Origin: an uncultured delta proteobacterium
GTDB taxonomy: Bacteria > Desulfobacterota > Desulfobacteria > Desulfobacterales > SpSt-501
Reading direction: 5' to 3'
DNA length: 64,000 nucleotides
Assembly (NCBI GenBank): GCA_963700055.1
Contig: CAVOWH010000004.1
Location: forward strand, 141,250-205,249
The position numbers were made by a program, and so were the translations under genes. The notes beneath the pieces were generated by a model that was not told the origin of the DNA, ran no database searches, and worked only from the letters and a program-made list of their open reading frames with translations. Positions 39,138 through 47,529 of this stretch are shown here, piece after piece. Position 1 is the first letter of the stretch. The number at the start of each line of letters is the position of its first letter.

Positions 39138-41156
39138 TCATGCGACGGCAAAACTGAGCTTGAAGGTCGTGCCCATGCCCTCCTGGCTCGCCAGCTGAAT
39201 GTCGCCCCTGTAATCTTTGACGATCCCGTAAGTGATGGCCAAACCAAGGCCCATATCGATGCTGCTTTCCTTGGTGCTGAAAAACGGCTCGAAGATCTTG
39301 TCCCGGACCGCTTCGCTGATGCCGATGCCGTCGTCCTCGACCTCGGCCACCACCCGATCGCCTTCTTGGAAGGTACGAATGAGGATCCTGCCGGCCGGCC
39401 GGCCGGGCAGCCGTCCCTTCTTTTCGCTGATGGCATCCCGCGCATTGGTGACCAGGTTGAAAAAGACCTGCTGCAGCCGGTTGTCGTGCGCCATGATGGC
39501 GGGGTTCTCCCGGCCGAGATCGAGCTCCATGCGGATGTTCTCCAGCTCGAACTGCCGGCCGACCAAGGAAAAAACCGCCTGGATGGGTTTGTTGATGTCC
39601 ACCCGCTCCATGACGAGTTCGGCCTTGCGGCCGAAGGAACGCAGGGTGTTGATGATCTCGGCCGCCCGGTCGACCTGGCTGCTCATCTCGGCGACCACCT
39701 GATGCAGGTCCTTCGGAGGAATCTCGCGCTGTTGCTCGACCATCATGCTCAGGAAATCGCTGCCCATTTTGATGGCGTTGAGCGGCTGGTTCAACTCGTG
39801 GGCGATGCCGGCGGACATTTCTCCGAGTGACCCCATCTTGCTCGCCTGGACCAACTGGGCGTCCTTTTCGATCATCTCGGTGATGTCGGTCGAGGCCAAC
39901 ACGATGGCCAGCTGGCCCTTGTATGCGATGTTGCTGGCATGCAGATTCACGTAAAAAGGCGTATGGCCTTTCTTGTAGTGCAGCGCCTTGGGGTATGTGA
40001 CCAGCCCGTGGGTTTCCCCCTGATCCTGGAGCGATTGAAAGTACTCGTGCGTGTGCTCGGGGGCCAGCTCGGTGAAGGCTTTCCCGATCAGCTCATCCCG
40101 GCTGTAGCCATAGACCTCCACGGCCCGCGGGTTGGCGTCAATGATTTCGAAGGTTTGCGGGTTCACGACGAAGATGGGGTCCGGGCCGCTGTCGAAGAGG
40201 GAGCGGTATTTCTTTTCGGATTCGCGCAGGCGCCGCCGATAAAGCCGGATGCTCCAGATCATGTTGTAAAAGGCGTCCGCCAGCTGCGCCACCTCGTCGC
40301 CCTTTTGGCGTCGGTAGAACCGGCAGTCCCGGCACACGGGGTCGGTGCCTGAAATTTCAGCGCCTCCATCCACGACGGCCAGCTCCCCATCCAGGCGCCG
40401 GCAGGGGACATCGGGGTTGACGAAGGCCGGGCAGTCCAGGGGTTGGCCGGCATCCGTCCCTTGCTCCGCGTCCAGTTTCACATCGAAGTTGCCCTTGCTC
40501 AACTCGTCCGAAATCTGGGTCAGCTTGGAGATCGGCATGGTGATGTATTTGGCGATGCGATGGGTGATGACGAAAATGATCACGACCACCAGGGACAGAA
40601 ACCCCAGGAACGTGGTGCGCAGCTTGCCGACCAGCTGGTCGATATGGTCTTTGTTGAGCCCCACGTGGACGGTGCCGATGCGATAGATCCCCTGCGTAAT
40701 AGGGATGGCGATGTCGTAGGCCATCTGGGCGCCGATCCGGAAGAGCCGCACGCTCTTGGCTTCATCCGGCGGGACCCGGTTGGCCAGGCGCAGGGACTCG
40801 GGGAAGGGTCGCGTGAGGGTGTGGCTGAGGACCTGGTCCTCGCGGTCGCTCACGAAGATGTAGGAAACCAGGTGCTGGCGCTCCTTGAGCTTGGCCTCGT
40901 CGAAGATCAGGCTGAGCAGTTCGGGGTAGTTTTTGTCAAGAATGTAACCGCTGCTGCGCTCGGCGATCGTGCGGCCGATCGCAATGCCCCGCAGCTCGAG
41001 TTCGTCGATCAGGTTGTCCACCAGGATCCAGCGCGCCAGCATGGCGATGACAACGCTGATGATCAGGATGACCGCGAGGATAGAGAAAAAGATCTTGTTT
41101 TTGAGGCTGATATCTCGGAAGCGCCTGGCGGCTTCCCGGATGAAATCACGTTTCAT
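39138..41156 (-). CDS. Membrane sensor histidine kinase (periplasmic domain, HAMP, PAS, HisKA, HATPase)
   Basis: Two TMs, IAHELNQPL, QVFFNLVTNA, DDGIG, FEPFFSTK and MGLGL; Cys-rich insert inside the HAMP domain. Confidence 0.93.
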   Translation of the reverse strand: MKRDFIREAARRFRDISLKNKIFFSILAVILIISVVIAMLARWILVDNLIDELELRGIAIGRTIAERSSGYILDKNYPELLSLIFDEAKLKERQHLVSYIFVSDREDQVLSHTLTRPFPESLRLANRVPPDEAKSVRLFRIGAQMAYDIAIPITQGIYRIGTVHVGLNKDHIDQLVGKLRTTFLGFLSLVVVIIFVITHRIAKYITMPISKLTQISDELSKGNFDVKLDAEQGTDAGQPLDCPAFVNPDVPCRRLDGELAVVDGGAEISGTDPVCRDCRFYRRQKGDEVAQLADAFYNMIWSIRLYRRRLRESEKKYRSLFDSGPDPIFVVNPQTFEIIDANPRAVEVYGYSRDELIGKAFTELAPEHTHEYFQSLQDQGETHGLVTYPKALHYKKGHTPFYVNLHASNIAYKGQLAIVLASTDITEMIEKDAQLVQASKMGSLGEMSAGIAHELNQPLNAIKMGSDFLSMMVEQQREIPPKDLHQVVAEMSSQVDRAAEIINTLRSFGRKAELVMERVDINKPIQAVFSLVGRQFELENIRMELDLGRENPAIMAHDNRLQQVFFNLVTNARDAISEKKGRLPGRPAGRILIRTFQEGDRVVAEVEDDGIGISEAVRDKIFEPFFSTKESSIDMGLGLAITYGIVKDYRGDIQLASQEGMGTTFKLSFAVA

Positions 41157-41163
41157 GGCCGGC

Positions 41164-42489
41164 TCAGCGAGGTGCGTTCAGCTGGGCCTTGATGTCCGCC
41201 CAGGCTTTGATCAGGGAAAATTGCCCGTTCTCGAGTCGGGTGAAATAAACGCGATCCAGCCCCTGGTGATCGCTCGCGCTGAAGGCGATGTTGATCCCGA
41301 GCCCCAGGGACAGGTCATGGATCGATTCGATGGCGTCGATGAACCCCCCCCGGGTGAGGTCCGCGCCGGCCCGCGCAAGGCCTTCAACCAGCACCCGGGC
41401 GTTGATGAACCCCTCGAAACCCACGAAGTTGGGCTGGTCTTCCGGGTAGTGGCGCTTGAGCAGCGTGACATAGCCGTCCGGCCCGGCCAGCAGCGGACTG
41501 GGGTCCTGCCGGTCCGGGGGCGGGACCACCTGGGACATGATGACGGTAATGCCGTGCTGGTTTTCAAGCCGCCTGGCCAGCTCGTCGGCCCCGACGAAGG
41601 ACACCAGGTAAAACACCGGGCGAAAACCCATCTCGTTGGCGAGCCGGATGAATTTGGCACACGGATCGTAGGTGCCGATCATCACCACGGCCTCAGCCCC
41701 CGAAGTCACGATTTTGTTGAGCCCATCCTGCACATCCAGGATGCCGCGGTTGTAGGATCCCCCCGCCACCGGCGCCAGATTGAACTGTTTCAACGCCAAC
41801 TCTGTCCCGGTCAGACCATCGAAGCCGTAGGCGTCGTACTGGTAAAAGACGGCGATCTTCCGTAACCCCAGATCGTCGATCAGATGCCGGACGGCGGCAC
41901 CGGTTTCCTGATAATAGGAGGCCCGCACGTTGATCAGGTGGCGGCTGAACGGCTCGCGCAACGCGTTGGCGCCGGTAAACATTCCCAGCAGGGGAATGCG
42001 GGCCTCCTCGATCATCGGGAGAACCTTGACCGTGGTAGGGGTGCCCACATAGCAGAAAAGGGCAAACACCTGGTCGTCGATGATGAGCTTCTGGGTATTC
42101 GCCATGCACATGGGCGGGTCGTAGCTGTCGTCATAGGCTACCACCTTGATGGTGCGGCCGTGAACCCCGCCTTGTTCGTTGACGTGGTTGAGATAACTCA
42201 TCGCCCCTCGAAACGTCTGGGTGCCGAGAAAGCTGGCGTGCCCTTTGAGGGCAAGGGATGATCCCAGAATGATCTCCTGCGCGGTCACACCCGTGCTGAC
42301 GGCTTCCGGTGCCGCGCTCTCATCAGAGCCATGGCACCCGGTCAATATGCACAAAAAACAAATGAACATTACAAGGCGTTTGCTGAGTATTCGCCGTAAG
42401 GGAAAACGCCCGCGTCGATCGCTGACAGGTATCGTGCCGGTGGCAGCTGCTTGTTCCGGAAAGCCGTGGCATAATTGAAGCGGATTCAT
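41164..42489 (-). CDS. Stand-alone Leu-binding-type periplasmic binding (lipo)protein
   Basis: IILGSSLALKG, GGVHGRTIKVVAYDDSYDP, VGTPT and EGFINA; lipobox LTGC (alternative start 42369); no permease or ATPase nearby. Confidence 0.88.
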   Translation of the reverse strand: MNPLQLCHGFPEQAAATGTIPVSDRRGRFPLRRILSKRLVMFICFLCILTGCHGSDESAAPEAVSTGVTAQEIILGSSLALKGHASFLGTQTFRGAMSYLNHVNEQGGVHGRTIKVVAYDDSYDPPMCMANTQKLIIDDQVFALFCYVGTPTTVKVLPMIEEARIPLLGMFTGANALREPFSRHLINVRASYYQETGAAVRHLIDDLGLRKIAVFYQYDAYGFDGLTGTELALKQFNLAPVAGGSYNRGILDVQDGLNKIVTSGAEAVVMIGTYDPCAKFIRLANEMGFRPVFYLVSFVGADELARRLENQHGITVIMSQVVPPPDRQDPSPLLAGPDGYVTLLKRHYPEDQPNFVGFEGFINARVLVEGLARAGADLTRGGFIDAIESIHDLSLGLGINIAFSASDHQGLDRVYFTRLENGQFSLIKAWADIKAQLNAPR

Positions 42490-42655
42490 ATTTTATGGTA
42501 TATGAAAAAATATTCTCCATGTCCATTGAATTCATGGCGCCTTGACGCCTTGCAAGATTTTTCTTATGTACGGACAACAAACGAAATTATCAGTTGCAAG
42601 ATCCAGATGATTTAATGCAAAGCGGATGTGCACACTCTAATCAGCGGAGGTTTTC

Positions 42656-43063
42656 ATGGCTCTGAACCCGCAGGAACTGAAAGGGCTGGTCGATTCGACG
42701 CCCGATGTGGCGGTTTTGCTCAATCTCACCGGCTATTATGCGAAGCGCCAGCTGCCCGAAAAGGGCATGGACAGCGAGGTCGTGTACGATTGCCCGCGCA
42801 CCCAGGTGATGGTCAGGACCGCCGTGAAGGGCACGCAGATCGGCGGCCACTTTCACAGCGTATCCGACGAGATCGTCATCGTCGTGGGCGGCCGCGGTGA
42901 AATCCTGGTCAACGGCGAATGGAAGCCGGTGAAAAACGGTGATGTCCATGTCTGCCCGCGCGGCATCGTTCACGATACCCGGGCGCTGGATGAAAATCTT
43001 CAATACATATCCGTTTTCACCCCGCACCTTCCGCCCGGCACGGATATCAATTGGATCAAGTGA
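42656..43063 (+). CDS. Cupin-2 domain protein
   Basis: HFHSVSDE...GRG and PRGIVHD; RBS GGAGG. Confidence 0.88.
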   Translation: MALNPQELKGLVDSTPDVAVLLNLTGYYAKRQLPEKGMDSEVVYDCPRTQVMVRTAVKGTQIGGHFHSVSDEIVIVVGGRGEILVNGEWKPVKNGDVHVCPRGIVHDTRALDENLQYISVFTPHLPPGTDINWIK

Positions 43064-43503
43064 CCATGATGGAAACGGCCGTCTTTGGAGCTCCGTCCGG
43101 GACGTCCAGGGTTGCCATTCTGAGGTTCTTGGGGATGATAAAGCAGGCTCTTCGGGGAGTGGCCCCCCAGTGCCGTGCTGGGCTGATCGATCCAGGTCTT
43201 AAAGCTGTCATTGTCTTCAAACACCTCCCTCCCCCTGGCGACGACTTCTGCTATTTGGAGGATGTGCTCGGAGACGACCCTGTCGAAGTGCTCCTTGGGT
43301 GCGTAGCGCTGAATCGTGCGCTCCGTCACCGGAAGCAGCGCCGCCATTTTGCTGACAGGCAATCCCAAGAATTTAGCCAGATACAGAAGGGACTCTTTGG
43401 AGACTCCTCTTCGCCCAAGGTCAATAAGATCCATCCGCGTCCGGACCTCCCGGCCAAGGGGCTTTTTCCCACCGAGCAACTGAGTGAGGCTTGAAGTCGG
43501 CAT
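43000..43503 (-). pseudogene. Xre/MbcA/ParS-family (DUF2384) antitoxin with lost C-terminus
   Basis: LIDLGRRGV, LPVTERTIQR, GREVFE and WIDQPSTALGGHSPKSLL, then non-homologous sequence; no RES toxin follows. Confidence 0.7.
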
Positions 43504-43873
43504 AACGCCTCCGCCTTTTAGTACGATATGTGTCTTAAATGGTACTGACAAATGTCGTGCCCGTTAAGGGCGATGGTGCCGGCGCAGGCAGCCAGATATT
43601 CTATACTGCAGAATGGATAAGAGGTGCCGTTTGCTGTCGTAACCGCAGCTTTCTGGGAAGTCGAGTTTACGGTGATATTTCCGAACTATCGCGATAACCC
43701 GCCGGACAACCGCAAGCAAAGCGCCGCTGAAAGTCTTGGCACACCTATCATCCCTGCTCATCTTCGCCCGGCCTAAGAGCGTTTCCTTGTCAAACTCAAG
43801 CTGAAAGGAGCTATTGACACCCAGCCCATCTCTCCAGTGATAGAAGCTTCTACTTTACTCTGGCAAAAAACGG

Positions 43874-44641
43874 GTGCAACTTGAGTTCATTTCTGGCGGA
43901 GCAATATTTTCAAGAAAACATCAGCTGACCGGCATCATGATGGCTTGCCATATGAATCCAAGTCTCAGATACACAGTTCTATTCCTGACACTGGTCGTTT
44001 TCCCCGCCTGCGTCCGGCTGCCGGAATATGCACGGCCGCGCATGGTTCAGGCAGAGGATTTGCAGCAAGAGCGGCCGGCAACTTTTACCTACCGGGAATT
44101 GACATCTGACGATTTTCGCGCGGCCTCCCTGTCGGGGCATATGGTTGAGCATGCGGAACGAATCAACGCACACGCGGCCAACCAGATTCGGTTGACCGCC
44201 GATTCTGTCTTCAGAATCACGAGCGGGGATTTATACGGACAAACCTATTTCTTCGGCAGAATCGAGCGCCTGCGATTTGAATCCGTCATGCTTCCTGACC
44301 GTTCCTGGTGGAACCCCAAGATTCCGGCTGGCATGCGGGCCTACGTGCTGCAGCACGAGCAAATCCACTTTGCGCTCACTGAGCTTGCGTCGCGGCAGCT
44401 GACTGCCGAAAGTCAAAAATGGGCTGCGGACGTTCTGGTGATACAGCCGACGCCACAGGAGGTGCGTGCGGAATTGGCCCGGCAGATCAATGAACGAATC
44501 AACTCCGCCATGGAGGCGAGCCTGAAGCGGCAGGCAGAGTTTGATGAAGACACGTCCCTGTTTATCAACCCCAAGCGGCAGCAGTGGTGGTCATGGACGG
44601 TGGAGGATGAACTCAAAAGGACAGCCCCCCTCTCTAAATGA
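43874..44641 (+). CDS. DUF922-like putative Zn-dependent protease lipoprotein
   Basis: LTSDDF, VLQHEQIHFALTE and FDEDT; lipobox-like FPAC (true start probably about 43952). Confidence 0.7.
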   Translation: MQLEFISGGAIFSRKHQLTGIMMACHMNPSLRYTVLFLTLVVFPACVRLPEYARPRMVQAEDLQQERPATFTYRELTSDDFRAASLSGHMVEHAERINAHAANQIRLTADSVFRITSGDLYGQTYFFGRIERLRFESVMLPDRSWWNPKIPAGMRAYVLQHEQIHFALTELASRQLTAESQKWAADVLVIQPTPQEVRAELARQINERINSAMEASLKRQAEFDEDTSLFINPKRQQWWSWTVEDELKRTAPLSK

Positions 44642-45133
44642 TCCGAATCCAGTGAAGTGCGGGTGTGTTAATGCGCTGCCTCTGCGCGACGTGCACAATC
44701 CGCGTCCGCTGGAGCTAGCGTTTTGGCGGGAGACCTCACGTTTTTGAAAAGCTGATATGGTTTCCTTCGCTGTCAGTATACCAATCGCAAACCGAATGGT
44801 TTATTTGTGAAATAGCACTGACGAACTATCAAACCGGCGTTCTACCTTTACTCGTCCCGATTGAGCTTAGTATTAGGCTTGTTCGTTTCTATCTCTGCCA
44901 GATATGCGCGAGCTGCATCTTTAAAGCCGCACGTGAAGTTCTGTAGGCACTCAATTAATCCTCATACTTGGGGTTTATGGGTAAGCTTCTTATAGTTCAT
45001 TGACATCATAGCCTCGGCTCTGGCCGGTTTGCGGGAGATTTCATGTGATGGATATCCTTCCCCGCAAACCAGCCGTTGATGTAACGACGACAATGGGTTT
45101 TACTTATTCGAGCGTCGTCAAGTGTGCCAAGCT

Positions 45134-45547
45134 TTACTTTTTTTGTCCGTTCCGGCACTCCAGCCTATAGTAAATGACGTTGGGGTGATTGTTTTGGCGT
45201 CTGACGACCTGTACCCAATCCATGGAGACATATTCCGTTCCATTCGATTCAACCATTGTGCAGGGTCCACCACCCTGTTCCGAGCTAAATCGCGTCACTG
45301 GGTCAGGAAACACATCCTTGAACTTCGGGTTCTTGACCATGTTGTCAACGAAGCCCCATGCCCTCTCATTCTTAACAACGATATTTGGATCGGTGTTAGC
45401 GATGAAGACTTCATTGTCGGTATCGCCCGTCTCCAAAATGACGTGGTTGAAGGTATCGTTAACCTCCATTCTTGGATCTGCGTAGACGGTTCCGAAACAC
45501 AAACACAGGACGGTTGCCATGATCACGGATAGTTTTTTCATTTTCAT
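45134..45547 (-). CDS. Hypothetical secreted protein
   Basis: RBS AAAGGAG, signal peptide ending VYA, and a Cys pair. Confidence 0.7.
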   Translation of the reverse strand: MKMKKLSVIMATVLCLCFGTVYADPRMEVNDTFNHVILETGDTDNEVFIANTDPNIVVKNERAWGFVDNMVKNPKFKDVFPDPVTRFSSEQGGGPCTMVESNGTEYVSMDWVQVVRRQNNHPNVIYYRLECRNGQKK

Positions 45548-46022
45548 AGTCTCCTTTATCTGTTGTTATTGTTAGTGGTTCAGGCTTTCAATTGTCGTCG
45601 TCACTCCCAATCCTGCGCCCCCTTTGCGGCCTTTGTTGTCGACTAAATAGAATCCAGGGCCGCTTGCGGATAAAAATTCAGCAAAAAGTGTGCCCAATGC
45701 ACCGCTTAATTATAAATGATACTATTTGGACAAGAGTTCTATCCATCGCAAAGCAAAATGTTATCACTTGTAGTAATGGAGTTGCTCAAATTAATATGCA
45801 GGCTAATTAAACTATAATAGATGGCTTTGTATAAGATGAAAGTAAAGAGGAATTCGAGGTAAATGTAGAAGCGCGACTTATAAAGTAAAGTCGAATTTGA
45901 ATGGTAGAATCTTCAAGCGGATCTCACTGCAAGAATTCACCACATCCCATGCATTTTGTATCCTGCAACGCATTTTTACGTCCGCAGTTCTCGTGAAATG
46001 AGGTGTCGTTGAACGCTGAGGG

Positions 46023-46480
46023 TGTCCTAATCGCCAGTTTATGATCACACGGATCTGAGGAAATTGGGTGACACTCCCGAGTGTAAAAACCCTTTACACA
46101 GAGAGGAGGTTACCCGATGGCGAGCACGTCCAAGAGGAGTGCAACCCGGACGAAGCGGAAGACCCGACCCTTGGCCTTCCCGGTGGAGTTCCGGTTGCGG
46201 ATCGTAAAGCTTTTTCTGGAAGACGGGTATAGTCCCAAACTGCTGGTCGAGCAGTTTGGGATCAGCACGCATTCGATTCAGCGCTGGGTGAAGGCCTACC
46301 GGCTTCATGGGGCTGCGGGGCTTGAGCCCAAGCGTCCCGTCAACCGCAAGAGCCGCGTTGCCGATGAGGTCAGGCAGCAGGCGGTGGCTAGTTACAAACG
46401 GACTGATCAGAATCCAAAAGGCGGGAGAAGTGTCACCCAATTTTTATCAGAAAAGCGATCATAATTAGCGATGTTGCACA
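46023..46480 (+). mobile_element. Internally deleted IS481-like element (both ends kept, 5' fragment of transposase)
   Basis: Starts TGT (46023) and ends ACA (46480). Imperfect TIRs of about 52 bp share ATCGC, TTATGATC, TCTGA and a perfect AAATTGGGTGACACT (46061-46075 / 46429-46443). No TSD found. Confidence 0.7.
46117..46464 (+). pseudogene. Transposase N-terminal HTH fragment
   Basis: FPVEFRLRIVKLFLEDG...QFGISTHSIQRWVKAYRLHGAAGL; homology stops near 46390 and there is no DDE domain. Confidence 0.75.
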
Positions 46481-46582
46481 TATCCTGACCTTCGCTGTCG
46501 GTATCGCCAACTCGGGTATATGGTTGTTTCTGTGATTGAAAGTATGTGGGAGCTGACAGTTATGTGATATTAGCGTCGCAGA

Positions 46583-46987
46583 TTATTGCTTCCCCATCAC
46601 TGTATACAGCGCATCAATAAAAAGCTTTGCTTCGCTTTCCTCAAATGAAAAAACATTGTACATCCAGATTCCTGAGTGATCTAATATCTCTACATACCAA
46701 ATGTCGGTATGATTGAGCACAACCTTACCTATGTTTTTATAGTAAATTTCTCCGGGACTTCCTCCAGATTTCCCCCCACCCCCTGGTTCTGTCATCCACA
46801 TCTCTATGGAATCGCTTTTAACAGATACTTTAAAGGGAACAGCACCGGCATAGTGAGGGGGTTGAGATATCATTATCCGCTCAATGACCTTCGCTGGGTC
46901 ACTAACGTTCGGGTTTGGAACGTAACGAACCGCACTGTTGCAGGCAAAAATAGCAAGGCAGCATACGAACATAATCCATTTCTTCAT
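46583..46987 (-). CDS. Hypothetical lipoprotein
   Basis: MKKWIMFVCCLAIFAC lipobox; RBS AAAGGA; low GC. Confidence 0.7.
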   Translation of the reverse strand: MKKWIMFVCCLAIFACNSAVRYVPNPNVSDPAKVIERIMISQPPHYAGAVPFKVSVKSDSIEMWMTEPGGGGKSGGSPGEIYYKNIGKVVLNHTDIWYVEILDHSGIWMYNVFSFEESEAKLFIDALYTVMGKQ

Positions 46988-47529
46988 TGGCGCAATTTCC
47001 TTTTTTGGAGAGCTACTAATCAAACCAAGCGTATTGATGTGTTGGGTTGAAAACCACACTTCTTTGCCACTATCACAGATTCGGTTCTTCGGTGATTTCG
47101 TCGGATGAAATCACCGGCATGGCGGTGATCTGTGAATATACCCTCCGGCCTGTCGATATCTGTAGCTTTTGCCGTCCTCGATTTTTTAGCCGCTTCGCTG
47201 TCAATACCGCTGATTTTCAAAAAATCGAGTATCCTGCGATATTGCCAAAACCAGTTGCCTAAAAATTAGGGGCGTGTAAGCATTTTTTTCCAGCGCACCC
47301 CTTAAGCCATTTTTTAGTCTGCTTTCTTGTATTCGTGGGTCTCTATTTCATCCTTTCATAAGAGAGAGGACGCTCGCCTCGATCAACTGGGACTGTTCGC
47401 CGAAGAGTGACCGCCGATGGGCGATCAGAGAATCTTTTCAGAATACCGCTTTGAGCGGTTCACAAACCCAAGCCAGCGGCTCTGCCGGTGGTCACTGACT
47501 TGGGCGTGAAGAACAATAAGATGTTATTA

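Noticed and set aside
43564-43800. Small ORFs between the antitoxin and DUF922 genes
   Set aside because: No RBS or motifs in any frame; treated as non-coding or eroded.
44850-45000. Short minus-strand frame with an in-frame TGA (…KPQV*GLIEC…) as a selenoprotein
   Set aside because: No SECIS-like hairpin, redox motif or recognisable family.
47047-47290. Possible transposase C-terminal scrap and IS5-like end (TAGGGGCGTGTAAGC)
   Set aside because: No partner inverted repeat or DDE motif is recognisable.
47345-47440. Glycine-riboswitch-like words (GAGAGA...CGCCGAAG...AATCTTTTCAG) and a QLGLF clamp-motif-like peptide end
   Set aside because: The CAGG core is missing, P1 pairing is poor, no downstream gene lies on that strand, and the peptide frame is short and closed.
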